Origin: an uncultured Aliarcobacter sp.
Lineage (GTDB): Bacteria > Campylobacterota > Campylobacteria > Campylobacterales > Arcobacteraceae
Length of the DNA: 64,000 nucleotides
Direction: 5' to 3'
Assembly: GCA_963664305.2 (NCBI GenBank)
Contig: CAXXLV010000001.1
Coordinates: 736,001-800,000 of the forward strand
Below are positions 37,628 through 48,109 of the stretch, piece after piece. The notes under the pieces were generated by a model that was not told where the DNA came from, made no database searches, and saw only the letters and a program-made list of their open reading frames with translations. The position numbers were made by a program, and so were the translations under genes. The stretch's first letter is position 1; each line of letters opens with the position of its first letter.

Positions 37628-38623
37628 ATGGCAAGTGATATTGAAAACTTCGTTAAATGGATTAGAGCAAACGATTTAACTCCAATAATGTCAACGCATA
37701 GTGATGATTTGGAGTTTTTAACACATCTTGATTTATCAAAAAGAAATTTAAAAGATTTACCTGAGTCTATAGGCGTTTTAAAAAATCTTAATGTTTTAAA
37801 ACTATCAAATAATAGAATCAGAAAACTTCCAAAAGCAATTGGAGAGTTAAAAAAACTTAGAAATTTACAATGTGAAAATAATTTGATTGAAGAACTTCCT
37901 GAAACTATAGGTGATTTAGAAAATCTAATGATTTTAAATCTAAATGTAAATAGAATAAAAGTTTTACCAAAAGAGTTTTATAACCTAACTTCACTTACAA
38001 GATTAACACTTGCATCAAATAGAATAGAGAAGTTAGACCCAGAGTTTGGTAATTTATCAAAACTTTTATATCTATCTTTAGAAACAAATGAACTTGAAGA
38101 GTTACCAGAAGTTTTTGAGTCGATGAAACAGTTATATTATTTGGATTTATCTTTTAATCATTTGACAAATCTTCCAAACTCTTTATCAAAAATTAAAGAA
38201 TTGGAAACATTGATTTTAGAAGGTAATACTATAAAAGAGTTGCCATCATTAGAGAGCCATGATATGCTTCTAAAACTTGATTTGAGTGACAATAACTTAA
38301 AAAGTTTAGACTTTGATATTAGTAAATTAGAAGATTTGAAAATATTAAGAATTGATAATAACTATTTAACATCTATTCCTGATGAAATTTGTAATTTACA
38401 AAACTTAGTTAGTTTAAGTGTTAGTTCAAATAGACTTAAATCTCTACCTGAACAAATTGGGCATATAAAAACACTTCAAGAGTTAGATGTGGAAGAAAAT
38501 GAGTTGGAGAGTTTGCCAAAATCTATAGAAGAATTAGAGAATTTAAAAGAGTTGTATATAGACAATAATAAAAATCTAAAAAAACCAGAAAAATTAGAAT
38601 TAGAATTTTGTGATGTGAATTAG
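37628..38623 (+). CDS. Leucine-rich repeat protein (about 13 repeats of about 23 aa)
   Basis: LxxLxLxxNxLxxLPxxIxxL repeats; no signal peptide. Confidence 0.95.
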   Translation: MASDIENFVKWIRANDLTPIMSTHSDDLEFLTHLDLSKRNLKDLPESIGVLKNLNVLKLSNNRIRKLPKAIGELKKLRNLQCENNLIEELPETIGDLENLMILNLNVNRIKVLPKEFYNLTSLTRLTLASNRIEKLDPEFGNLSKLLYLSLETNELEELPEVFESMKQLYYLDLSFNHLTNLPNSLSKIKELETLILEGNTIKELPSLESHDMLLKLDLSDNNLKSLDFDISKLEDLKILRIDNNYLTSIPDEICNLQNLVSLSVSSNRLKSLPEQIGHIKTLQELDVEENELESLPKSIEELENLKELYIDNNKNLKKPEKLELEFCDVN

Positions 38624-38632
38624 GAGAAGAAG

Positions 38633-39082
38633 ATGAGAGATTTAGTATTAATGGAGAAACAAATTTTAGAGCTGTTACAGTTTCATGCAAATGATGATTA
38701 TGCAAAAGATGAATTAGCTCCATTAATTGCCAAGACATCTCTTGAAATGGGGCATTTATATTCGGATTTAGGATTAGCAAGTAGAAAAGAGATGGGAGAA
38801 CTTATGTCAAAAAATTTCACATCTCTTGCAAATGTAAAACCTGATGATGTAAGATGGAAAAAATATTTATATGATTGTATAGGAAAAACAGCACCTGCAT
38901 GTGCCACTTGTGGTGATATCTCAAACTGTTTTAACTGTACATTAAATCCAAATAGAGAGAAAACAGAAGTGAAAAAAAGTAAAATATTAGAAGGAAGATT
39001 TGCTACAGGAAACAAAGATTTAGTAATCTTAGTCTCTTTTGAAGTAACAATCTTCTTAATGTCATTTTTTTTAATATATTAA
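38633..39082 (+). CDS. nifQ: NifQ (short form) with an atypical C-terminal extension
   Basis: HLYSDLGL..R, RWKKYLY, APACATCGDISNCF. Confidence 0.85.
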   Translation: MRDLVLMEKQILELLQFHANDDYAKDELAPLIAKTSLEMGHLYSDLGLASRKEMGELMSKNFTSLANVKPDDVRWKKYLYDCIGKTAPACATCGDISNCFNCTLNPNREKTEVKKSKILEGRFATGNKDLVILVSFEVTIFLMSFFLIY

Positions 39083-39084
39083 TT

Positions 39085-40347
39085 TTATAGAGTCTCTTTT
39101 GCTTTTACAGACTCTTTTCCTATAAACTCTTTTTGATTTGCACTTGTTACAATTAACTTTGAAAGTTTATCTGTAATAAGTGTTGCTTCATAAGATTCAT
39201 TTGCAATAGTTGCATTTTCTTGAGTTTGTTTATCTAAAAGATTTATAGAGTTATTGATTTGTTCAATTCCTAAAAGTTGCTCTTTAGATGCATTTTGTAT
39301 ATCATGAATGATATCTGTAGTAGAATTTATATTTTCACTTAACTCTTTGTATCCTTCAATCATGTTATTAGCAATATCTTTTCCATTTGTTGCTTTTAAA
39401 GTTGCACTTTCAACAATCTTTTTTATCTCACGAGCTGCTTCAGCACTTCTATTTGCTAAATTTCGCACCTCTCCTGCAACAACAGCAAAACCTTTTCCAG
39501 CTTCTCCAGCAGTTGCTGCTTCAACAGCTGCATTAAGTGAAAGAATATTTGTTTGGAAAGCAATTTGATCAATAATTGTTATGGCATCATTTATTGATTT
39601 AACTTCTGTATTTATCTCTTCCATTGCTATTGTAGTTTCATTAGCTAGATTTTCACCATTTTTTGTTAATTGAATCAATTTTGTTGAAAGATTTGACATC
39701 ATTAAAATCTTATCAGTATTGTTTCTAAGATTACTTGTAATCTCTTCTAAAGCAGCAGCTGATTCTTCAAGTGAAGCAGCTGCTTCATTTGAACCTTTAT
39801 TTAATTTTTTTACATTTTCAAGTAATATTTCTGAGTTTATATCAAGTGTTAAACCATTTGATTTGTTTTCTATTAACATAGATGTAATAGTTTCTCTTAA
39901 ATGATTTACTCCTTCAACCAATGATTTAAACTCTCCTTGAAGATGAGGCATTTCAACTTTTCTTGTATAGTTGTTTTCAGAATATTCATTTAATGTTTGA
40001 AGTATAGTTTCTATAATAACTCTTAGATTCTCTACTAAAGTATTATATGTATTTGAAATATAGTTTAATTTTTCATTTGATGTTTCAGTATGATGAATTA
40101 TATCATTGATGTTTCCATCTGCAAATTTTTCAGAGATAAGCATAATTTCACCATATACTTTTAACTCTTCTTCATTTTTATGTTTTAATGAATTAGTTAT
40201 TTTTTCTAATTTGATTCTAACTTGTTCATTGAATCCTGTGCAAACTCCATTTATTTCTGGAATGGAATTTATTTTATTATTAATAAATAAATCAATATTA
40301 TCTAGAGCTTCAAGAATATCTGTATTACCTTTATTAGAAAAAAACAT
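39085..40347 (-). CDS. Soluble methyl-accepting chemotaxis protein
   Basis: [30 protein letters not shown]; no TM segment. Confidence 0.93.
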   Translation of the reverse strand: MFFSNKGNTDILEALDNIDLFINNKINSIPEINGVCTGFNEQVRIKLEKITNSLKHKNEEELKVYGEIMLISEKFADGNINDIIHHTETSNEKLNYISNTYNTLVENLRVIIETILQTLNEYSENNYTRKVEMPHLQGEFKSLVEGVNHLRETITSMLIENKSNGLTLDINSEILLENVKKLNKGSNEAAASLEESAAALEEITSNLRNNTDKILMMSNLSTKLIQLTKNGENLANETTIAMEEINTEVKSINDAITIIDQIAFQTNILSLNAAVEAATAGEAGKGFAVVAGEVRNLANRSAEAAREIKKIVESATLKATNGKDIANNMIEGYKELSENINSTTDIIHDIQNASKEQLLGIEQINNSINLLDKQTQENATIANESYEATLITDKLSKLIVTSANQKEFIGKESVKAKETL

Positions 40348-40357
40348 ATTTATATCC

Positions 40358-40744
40358 TTATCTCATCGATTTATAAAGCTTTTCAGCTTTTTCAATCTCT
40401 TCTTTTGTAGGTTTAACCCTAACTGAAATGTAACGAATTTCCCCATTTTTTGTTTTTGATGGATAGGCAGTTGCATTTACCCAATAATATCCACCATTTT
40501 TTGTCCGATTTTTAACAATTCCATTCCAAATCTTACCTGCTTTTACTGTTCTCCATAAATCTTCAAAAGCAGCTTTTGGCATATCTTGATGTCTTACTAA
40601 ACTATGAGGTTTACCAATTAACTCTTCTTTTGAAAAGCCAGCAATAGTGCAAAAATCATTATTTGCGTATGTAATAATTCCTTTTTCATTTGTTTCTGAA
40701 ACAATCATCATTTTCTTATTTAATTCAATTTCTCTATTTTTCAA
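40358..40744 (-). CDS. Stand-alone Aer-type PAS protein (CetB-like)
   Basis: [31 protein letters not shown]. Confidence 0.9.
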   Translation of the reverse strand: MKNREIELNKKMMIVSETNEKGIITYANNDFCTIAGFSKEELIGKPHSLVRHQDMPKAAFEDLWRTVKAGKIWNGIVKNRTKNGGYYWVNATAYPSKTKNGEIRYISVRVKPTKEEIEKAEKLYKSMR

Positions 40745-40879
40745 AGCTATTTCTCTTCTTTAACAATTAAATTTTGAGTGATGATTTTAATAACTTTCAC
40801 TTAAAAAATAATAAATTAATATTTTTAATAATTTTCTATAAAATAGGCATTAACTTTTAATTATAAAAATAAAATAATT

Positions 40880-41776
40880 TTAAAATAAGAATTGATTATA
40901 TAAATCTTTATTTTTTGAGAAGATTTTATAAGTAACATTTTTATATTCAAATTCTAAATAATTTGCATGAAGCCATAAACGATGTGATTTTGTCACTGTA
41001 AATCTATCTTCTTCACTCAAAGTTTTATTTAGATAGTTTTCTGCATTTTCATCATCAACTCCATAAATTGGGTCACCTAAAATTGTATGACCAATAGAGT
41101 GAAGATGAACTCTTATTTGATGTTGTCTTCCTGTTAGTGGTAAAGCTTCAATTAGTGTTAAATCTTTTTCTTTATTATATTTGATAGGTTTTATAATTGT
41201 TATTGACTCTTTCCCCTCATCACAAACCATCATTCTAACCCCAATAGCTTTTCCTTCCCTATCAAGTCCTTTATTTATCGTTATCTCTTCTTTTATTTCA
41301 CCTTGAACAATTGCAAGATAAGATTTATGATATTTTTTCTCTTGGAACATTTCTTTTAAATCAATTTCACTTTGTTTATTTTTTCCTACAATTACAAGTC
41401 CAGAAGTTTCTGCATCAATTCTATGTATTAAATTTGCATTTTCACCAAAATGGAAACGAATTTCATCAAGTAAAGAGTACGGAGTATTTTTTGAAATTGG
41501 GTGCACCATCAGATTAGTTGGTTTATCAAAGATTGCAAAATCTCTAAACTCTAAAAGTGGCTTTAAACCTCTTGTTTCTCCTTCAAAAACGGCAATATAA
41601 ATATATTCAGTTGGAATACTTTCTCCTGAATTTATTGTATTCATATTCTCATCAAATATTCTTCCTTTTGATGTCAATCTCTGCCCTACTTTTGGGTCTA
41701 GTCCTAAATCTTGAATTAAAAATATTTGTATTTTTTTATCTTTAATTGCTTTGTGTTTTCTTAGTGTAAATGGCAA
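40880..41776 (-). CDS. RluA-family pseudouridine synthase
   Basis: HRIDAETSG, TGRQHQIRVH, GDPIYG. Confidence 0.95.
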   Translation of the reverse strand: MPFTLRKHKAIKDKKIQIFLIQDLGLDPKVGQRLTSKGRIFDENMNTINSGESIPTEYIYIAVFEGETRGLKPLLEFRDFAIFDKPTNLMVHPISKNTPYSLLDEIRFHFGENANLIHRIDAETSGLVIVGKNKQSEIDLKEMFQEKKYHKSYLAIVQGEIKEEITINKGLDREGKAIGVRMMVCDEGKESITIIKPIKYNKEKDLTLIEALPLTGRQHQIRVHLHSIGHTILGDPIYGVDDENAENYLNKTLSEEDRFTVTKSHRLWLHANYLEFEYKNVTYKIFSKNKDLYNQFLF

Positions 41777-41922
41777 ATTTTTTCCCTATATTTTTTTGAA
41801 ATTCTGTTATTTTTTATTATATTTTTTATTTTAGATTTTGTCTTTTTAGATACAATATCATACTTAAATTAATAAAAAATTTTAATAAATTTTATAGAAA
41901 ATATGATTACAAGGGACATTAG

Positions 41923-43251
41923 ATGGTTGAAAGATACGCAAGAGAAGAAATGGCAAAGAATTGGACGCAACATGCAAGATATGCTGCATGGCTTGAAGTT
42001 GAAAAGGCTGCTGTAAAAGCTTGGAATAAACTAGGACTTATTCCTGATTCTGATTGTGAGAAGATTGTAAAAAATGCAACTTTTTCAGTTGAAAGAATCG
42101 AAGAAATCGAAGCTATTACAAAACATGATTTAATTGCTTTTAATACAAGTGTATCTGAATCATTAGGTGAAGAATCAAGATGGTTCCACTATGGTATGAC
42201 TTCATCAGACGCTGTTGATACAGGTGTTGCACTTCAAATGAGAGACTCTTTAAAAATTATTATTGAAGATGTAAAAATGCTGATGGAATCTATCAAAAAA
42301 AGAGCATTTGAACACAAAATGACTTTAATGGTAGGAAGAAGCCATGGTATTCATGGTGAGCCTATTACTTTTGGTTTAACATTAGCTGTTTGGTATGATG
42401 AAGTTGCAAGGCACTTAAAAAATTTAGAAGAGACAATGGATGTTATTGCTGTTGGTCAAATTTCAGGAGCTATGGGTAACTTTGCTCATGCACCACTTGA
42501 ATTAGAAGAGTATGCTATGGCAGAACTTGGTCTTAAACCAGAACCTTGTTCAAATCAAGTAATTCACAGAGATAGATATGCTAGACTTGCTACTGCTTTA
42601 GCATTATTAGCATCTTCTGTTGAAAAATTTGCAGTTCAAGTAAGACATTTACAAAGAACAGAAGTTTATGAGGCTGAAGAGTATTTTGCTAAAGGGCAAA
42701 AAGGGTCTTCTGCAATGCCACATAAAAGAAATCCTATTTTAACTGAAAATATCACTGGACTTGCAAGAATGATTAGAGCTTATGCAATTCCAGCTATGGA
42801 AAATGTTGCATTATGGCATGAAAGAGATATTTCTCACTCTTCAACTGAAAGATTTTGGTTACCAGATGCATTTATCACAACAGATTTCATGTTACACAGA
42901 ATGAATAGCGTTATTGCAAATTTAACTGTTATGCCTGAAAATATGATGAAAAACTTAAACTTAACTGGTGGATTAGTATTCTCTCAAAGAGTTTTATTAG
43001 AGTTACCACTTCAAGGTGTAAGTAGAGAAGATGCTTATAGAATTGTTCAAAGAAATGCTATGAAAGTTTGGGAAGAGATTCAAAAAGGAAAATCAACTAC
43101 AAATGAAAAAGGTGAATCTTTATATCTTCAATATCTATTAGCTGATGAAGAATTAAGAGCATCTTTAAGTGAAGAGCAAATTAGAGAGTGTTTTAACTTT
43201 GATTATTACACAAAAAATGTAGACGCTATTTTTAATAGAGTTTTTAAATAA
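41923..43251 (+). CDS. purB: Adenylosuccinate lyase
   Basis: GSSAMPHKRNP, HERDISHS. Confidence 0.97.
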   Translation: MVERYAREEMAKNWTQHARYAAWLEVEKAAVKAWNKLGLIPDSDCEKIVKNATFSVERIEEIEAITKHDLIAFNTSVSESLGEESRWFHYGMTSSDAVDTGVALQMRDSLKIIIEDVKMLMESIKKRAFEHKMTLMVGRSHGIHGEPITFGLTLAVWYDEVARHLKNLEETMDVIAVGQISGAMGNFAHAPLELEEYAMAELGLKPEPCSNQVIHRDRYARLATALALLASSVEKFAVQVRHLQRTEVYEAEEYFAKGQKGSSAMPHKRNPILTENITGLARMIRAYAIPAMENVALWHERDISHSSTERFWLPDAFITTDFMLHRMNSVIANLTVMPENMMKNLNLTGGLVFSQRVLLELPLQGVSREDAYRIVQRNAMKVWEEIQKGKSTTNEKGESLYLQYLLADEELRASLSEEQIRECFNFDYYTKNVDAIFNRVFK

Positions 43252-43265
43252 TAAGGTAGTATTTT

Positions 43266-45650
43266 ATGGGAATTATGATTCAAAAAAGAAATGGTCGTAA
43301 AGAAGTTTTAGATATTACTAAAATTCAAAAAATGACTATTGAGGCAACAGCTGATTTAGATGGTGTTAGTCAAAGTGAGTTAGAACTTGATGCTCAAATT
43401 AAATTTATTGATGGTATGAGTAGTTCAGATATCCAAGATGCTTTAATCAAAACAGCAGTTGAAAAAATAGATATTGATGTTCCAAATTGGACATTTGTAG
43501 CTGCTAGATTATTTGTTTTTGATTTATACCATAGAGTTGGAAAAGTAACTCATGGTATTAAAGGTGAGCCATATTGCCATTTAAGAGATTATTTAAAATA
43601 TGGAAAAGAAGCAGGAAGATTAATTCCTAGTCTTGGTGAAGGTTATGATTTAGATGATTTAAATGCATATATCAAACCAGAAAGAGACTTTTTATTTAAC
43701 TACTTAGGTATTAAAACTTTATACGATAGATACTTAATAAAAAATAGAAATGCAGAGCCAATAGAACTTCCTCAACAAATGTTCATGGCAATTGCTATGT
43801 TCTTAGCTCAAGATGAAAAAAATAAACAACAATGTGCAAAAGAGTTTTATGATGTTATTTCTAAATTTGAAGTAATGCTTGCAACTCCAACTCTATCAAA
43901 TGCAAGAACAAATAGACATCAATTATCATCTTGTTATATTGGTTCAAGTCCTGATAATATCGAAGGTATTTTTGATGGATACAAAGAGATGGCACTTCTA
44001 TCTAAATATGGTGGAGGAATTGGTTGGGATTGGAACCAAATCAGAGCTTTAGGTGGTGTTATTGATGACCATAAATCTGCTGCTGGTGGAACTGTACCAT
44101 TCTTAAAAATCACAAATGATATTGCAATTGCAGTTGACCAATTAGGTACAAGAAAAGGTGCGATTGCTGTTTATATGGAACCATGGCACATGGATATTGT
44201 AGATTTTGTTGATTTAAAGAAAAACTCTGGTGAAGAAAGAAGAAGAGCACACGATTTATTCCCTGCTCTTTGGATTACAGATTTATTTATGGAAAGAGTT
44301 TTAGAAGATTCTTACTGGACTTTATTTGACCCTTATGAAGTAAAAGATTTAAGTGAGTGTTTTGGTGATGAATTCAAAGCAAAATATATTGCTTATGAAA
44401 ATAATGAATCTATTACAAAAGACAGAATGAAAGCAAAAGATTTATGGAAAAAAATCTTAACTTCATATTTTGAAGTTGGAAGTCCATTCTTATGTTTCAA
44501 AGATAATGCAAATAGAGCAAATCCAAACTCTCATGTGGGACACATCAGAAGTTCAAATCTTTGTACAGAGATTTTTCAAAATACAAATCCTAACTACTAC
44601 AAAATCAGATTAGAGTTTGTAGATGGTTCTGTTCAAACTTTTGATGAAGAAGATTTAGTATTAGTTGATGGTGGAATTACTAAAAAAGCAAACAAAGTTT
44701 CTGCACTTGATAGTATCAATGGAAAAAGAGTATTTATAGTTGAAAAAGAAAAAATTGATGGAGATACAGCTGTTTGTAACTTAGCATCAGTTAACTTATC
44801 AAGAATTAATACAAAAGAGGACATCGAAAGAGTAGTTCCAATTGCTATTAGAATGCTTGATAATGTAATTGATTTAAATTTCTACCCACTTAAAAAAGTA
44901 AAAGTAACTAACCTAAAATCAAGAAGTATTGGTCTTGGAGTTATGGGTGAAGCTGAAATGTTAGCTGAATATAAACTAGCTTGGGGTTCAAATGAACACT
45001 TCAAAAAAATTGACCAAGTTATGGAAGCGATTTCATATAATGCAATTAAATCAAGTTCAGATTTAGCAATTGAAAAAGGTATTTATCCAACATTTGAAGG
45101 TTCAAAATGGTCACAAGGAATTATGCCACACGACCATGCTCCACAAGCAGTTAATGCACTTGTTGATAAAGACTTATTTGATACATCTTATGATTGGGAT
45201 GTATTAAGAGCAAAAGTTAAAAAAGATGGTATGAGAAATGGTTACTTAATGGCTGTTGCTCCTACTTCATCTATTTCAATTTTAGTTGGAACTACACAAG
45301 CTATTGAGCCAGTTTATAAAAGAAAATGGTTTGAAGAGAATTTATCAGGATTAATCCCAGTTGTTGTGCCAAAATTAAGTCCAGAGACTTGGCAATACTA
45401 TACTCCTGCATTTGAAATTGACCAATTACAAGTTATTAAAGCAGCTGCAATTAGACAAAAATGGATAGACCAAGGTCAATCTACAAATATTTTCATGAGC
45501 TTAGATAAAGCAAGTGGAAAATATTTACATGAGATTTATACATTAGCTTGGAAATTAGGACTTAAATCAACATATTATTTAAGAAGCCAATCACCAGAAG
45601 CAAAAAATGATGTAGAAGATAGAAGTATGGAGTGTTCAGGTTGTCAATAA
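43266..45650 (+). CDS. nrdA: Class Ia ribonucleotide reductase alpha
   Basis: ATP-cone, QLSSC, SNLCTEI, VCNLAS, TYYLR, C-terminal CSGC. Confidence 0.97.
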   Translation: MGIMIQKRNGRKEVLDITKIQKMTIEATADLDGVSQSELELDAQIKFIDGMSSSDIQDALIKTAVEKIDIDVPNWTFVAARLFVFDLYHRVGKVTHGIKGEPYCHLRDYLKYGKEAGRLIPSLGEGYDLDDLNAYIKPERDFLFNYLGIKTLYDRYLIKNRNAEPIELPQQMFMAIAMFLAQDEKNKQQCAKEFYDVISKFEVMLATPTLSNARTNRHQLSSCYIGSSPDNIEGIFDGYKEMALLSKYGGGIGWDWNQIRALGGVIDDHKSAAGGTVPFLKITNDIAIAVDQLGTRKGAIAVYMEPWHMDIVDFVDLKKNSGEERRRAHDLFPALWITDLFMERVLEDSYWTLFDPYEVKDLSECFGDEFKAKYIAYENNESITKDRMKAKDLWKKILTSYFEVGSPFLCFKDNANRANPNSHVGHIRSSNLCTEIFQNTNPNYYKIRLEFVDGSVQTFDEEDLVLVDGGITKKANKVSALDSINGKRVFIVEKEKIDGDTAVCNLASVNLSRINTKEDIERVVPIAIRMLDNVIDLNFYPLKKVKVTNLKSRSIGLGVMGEAEMLAEYKLAWGSNEHFKKIDQVMEAISYNAIKSSSDLAIEKGIYPTFEGSKWSQGIMPHDHAPQAVNALVDKDLFDTSYDWDVLRAKVKKDGMRNGYLMAVAPTSSISILVGTTQAIEPVYKRKWFEENLSGLIPVVVPKLSPETWQYYTPAFEIDQLQVIKAAAIRQKWIDQGQSTNIFMSLDKASGKYLHEIYTLAWKLGLKSTYYLRSQSPEAKNDVEDRSMECSGCQ

Positions 45651-45727
45651 GATAACCTTACATTCTTTTTATACGAATAAATTTATAAATACAATAAAAT
45701 TTTAGAAAAAAAGCAAAGGACTTCTGA

Positions 45728-46747
45728 ATGGATAGAAAAACCATATATAACCCAGACTCAAAAGAGAGTTTAAACGATAGAAAAGTTTTTGGTGGAAATA
45801 GTGATGGAATGATTAACTTCACAAGAATGAAATATCAATGGGCATTGAATTTATGGGACACAATGGAAGCAAATACTTGGTTTCCAAGAGAAGTTCAAAT
45901 GACAGGTGATGCAAAAGATTATAAGTTTTTAACACCTGCTGAAAAAAGAATGTATGATTTAGTTTTATCTCAACTAATTTTTATGGATTCTTTACAAACA
46001 AATAACCTAATGGATAATATAAATCCATATATCACAGCTCCTGAAATAAATGCTTGTTTATCAAGACAATCTTATGAAGAAGCAAATCATAGTAAATCTT
46101 ATGCAGTTATGGTTGAGTCTATTTCTGATAATACAGATTTGATTTATGATATGTGGAAAAATGATGCTAAATTAAGAGAAAAAAATACATATATCGCTGA
46201 AGTTTATAAAAATCTTTCAGGTGAGATAAATGACCAAAAAATTCTTTTAGCACTTTTTGCAAATCAGATTTTAGAAGGTTTATATTTTTATGCAGGATTT
46301 GCTGCTATTTATGCCCTTGGAAAATCAGGAAAAATGCTTGGTTCTTCACAAATGATTAGATTTATTCAAAGAGATGAAGTAACGCATTTATTATTGTTCC
46401 AAAACATGATTAATAGTGTTAGAAAAGAAAGACCAGACTTATTTACAGAAGAAGTAGAAGAAACTGTAAGAGCTATGTTTAGAAAGGCTGTAGAGCTTGA
46501 ATCATCTTGGGGAGCATATATCACTCAAGGACAAATTCTTGGATTTACAGATGGAATTATCAAACAATATATTCAATACTTAGCAGATAGAAGACTTGAA
46601 GCTGTAGGATATAAACCAGAATACAATGTAAAACACCCAATTCCATGGGTTGATGGTTATGCATCTTTCAATGACCAAAGAACGAATTTCTTTGAAGGGA
46701 ATGTTGTAAACTACTCAAAAGGTTCGATAGACTTCGACGATTTTTAA
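45728..46747 (+). CDS. nrdB: Ribonucleotide reductase beta
   Basis: [22 protein letters not shown]. Confidence 0.97.
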   Translation: MDRKTIYNPDSKESLNDRKVFGGNSDGMINFTRMKYQWALNLWDTMEANTWFPREVQMTGDAKDYKFLTPAEKRMYDLVLSQLIFMDSLQTNNLMDNINPYITAPEINACLSRQSYEEANHSKSYAVMVESISDNTDLIYDMWKNDAKLREKNTYIAEVYKNLSGEINDQKILLALFANQILEGLYFYAGFAAIYALGKSGKMLGSSQMIRFIQRDEVTHLLLFQNMINSVRKERPDLFTEEVEETVRAMFRKAVELESSWGAYITQGQILGFTDGIIKQYIQYLADRRLEAVGYKPEYNVKHPIPWVDGYASFNDQRTNFFEGNVVNYSKGSIDFDDF

Positions 46748-46773
46748 AAAAGAGTTTTATAAAGCTCTTTTTT
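46746..46773 (+). terminator. nrdAB terminator
   Basis: AAAAAAGAGTTTT-AT-AAAGCTCTTTTTT. Confidence 0.7.
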
Positions 46774-46865
46774 GAGATTTCTGCGTTATCGCAGAAATTT
46801 TCTTCTCACTTACTACTCGTAAGCTCCTACAAAAATTTCTACTCTTGCATTGAACTATCAAAAAA
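46768..46865 (-). repeat. ERIC-like palindromic intergenic element
   Basis: Minus strand TTCAATGCAAG..GGAGCTTAC-GAGTA-GTAAGTGA..AACGCAG with nested inverted repeats; single copy in window. Confidence 0.6.
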
Positions 46866-46925
46866 TAACTAATATAAAAATCTTTTTTGTTATAATTTAA
46901 TAAACTACTTTAAAGATAAATATAC

Positions 46926-47528
46926 ATGGATACACAAATTACAACAGAGACTTTAAAAGAAATTTCTGAAAGATATGAACTCTATAAAGATATTGTAAAA
47001 ATAGGTTTAGGAGCATTAATTGGAGCAGTTGCTTCATTAATTACAATTTTTATAAAAAATAAGCATGAATTCAGAAAAATGGATAAGGAATATGAAAATC
47101 AGAATGATAAACATAAGTTAGAAATAAAAGTAAAAATATTAGAAGATTGCATAGAATTGACAAATACATTTTTTAATGTTGAATATAAATTAAGAAATAA
47201 TCTGTACAGATTAAGACGTACTAATAAATTTTACAAAGAATTGAATGATAACCAAAAAAAAGAATTAGCAAATACAGAAGAATTTAGTTTGATAATTACA
47301 AATATATCAATAATTGTTCGAAAACTTAGAATGATTGGGGCAAATTCAATAGCAGATTGTTTATATAGCTACTATAATTCAATTCATGAACTTAGAGAAG
47401 ATATATTAATGAGTAGAAAAAGAATAAATTTTTCTGAAGAAGAATGGAAAATATTTAATAATAAATTTATTTCAGAGAAAAGATGTTATGACAATTTATT
47501 ACATGAGTTTTTTAGCCAATTAAAATAA
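46926..47528 (+). CDS. Hypothetical protein with one N-terminal TM helix
   Basis: IGLGALIGAVASLITIFI then helical region; very AT-rich. Confidence 0.75.
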   Translation: MDTQITTETLKEISERYELYKDIVKIGLGALIGAVASLITIFIKNKHEFRKMDKEYENQNDKHKLEIKVKILEDCIELTNTFFNVEYKLRNNLYRLRRTNKFYKELNDNQKKELANTEEFSLIITNISIIVRKLRMIGANSIADCLYSYYNSIHELREDILMSRKRINFSEEEWKIFNNKFISEKRCYDNLLHEFFSQLK

Positions 47529-47664
47529 AATCTAGCTTTTGTTAAGACAGAGGATTAAGAATAAAGATATGTAACTAAATAGATTGAAATAATTACACTT
47601 TTTACATTTTAAACTCCCTCTAAACTCATTTTGTTAAACTTTATTCTTTTGATTGGAGAAAATA

Positions 47665-48096
47665 ATGTTAACACAAAATATAATGCCAAGATTTAGCGAA
47701 ACAGACGCTTTAGGACATATAAATAATAATACTTATGGAGTTTGGTTTGAAGCGGCACGAGAGCCAATATACAAACTATTTTTACCAAACTTAGACGTAA
47801 AAAAATGGAACTTAGTTATGGCTCACAGTTCAAATGACTTTTTAAAAGAGGTTTTTTGGGGTGATGAAGTGGTTGTAAAAACAGCAGTTTCAAAGATAGG
47901 AAATTCATCTTTTGAACTAAAACATGCTGTTTATCAAAAAGGTATTTTATGTACCTCATCAAAAACAGTTTTAATTCACTATAACTTTTCTACAAAAATG
48001 GCTATAAAAATTCCTGATGAAATAAAAGCAAGATTAGAAAAACATCTTTTCAATGATAACTGGACAGCAACTTTAGATGAATTAGAACTAATGTAA
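47665..48096 (+). CDS. 4HBT-type acyl-CoA thioesterase
   Basis: RFSETDALGHINN..Y..WFE.AR. Confidence 0.9.
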   Translation: MLTQNIMPRFSETDALGHINNNTYGVWFEAAREPIYKLFLPNLDVKKWNLVMAHSSNDFLKEVFWGDEVVVKTAVSKIGNSSFELKHAVYQKGILCTSSKTVLIHYNFSTKMAIKIPDEIKARLEKHLFNDNWTATLDELELM

Positions 48097-48109
48097 AAGA
48101 GCCTCTCTT

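Noticed and set aside
39003..39065. 20-aa Leu/Arg-rich minus-strand ORF MTLRRLLLQKRLRLLNLCFL
   Set aside because: No SD and no downstream co-directional gene; likely chance
44575..44765. Intein in nrdA (extra segment between NLCTEI and VCNLAS)
   Set aside because: Only about 60 aa with no C/S...HN splice motifs; looks like a lineage insertion
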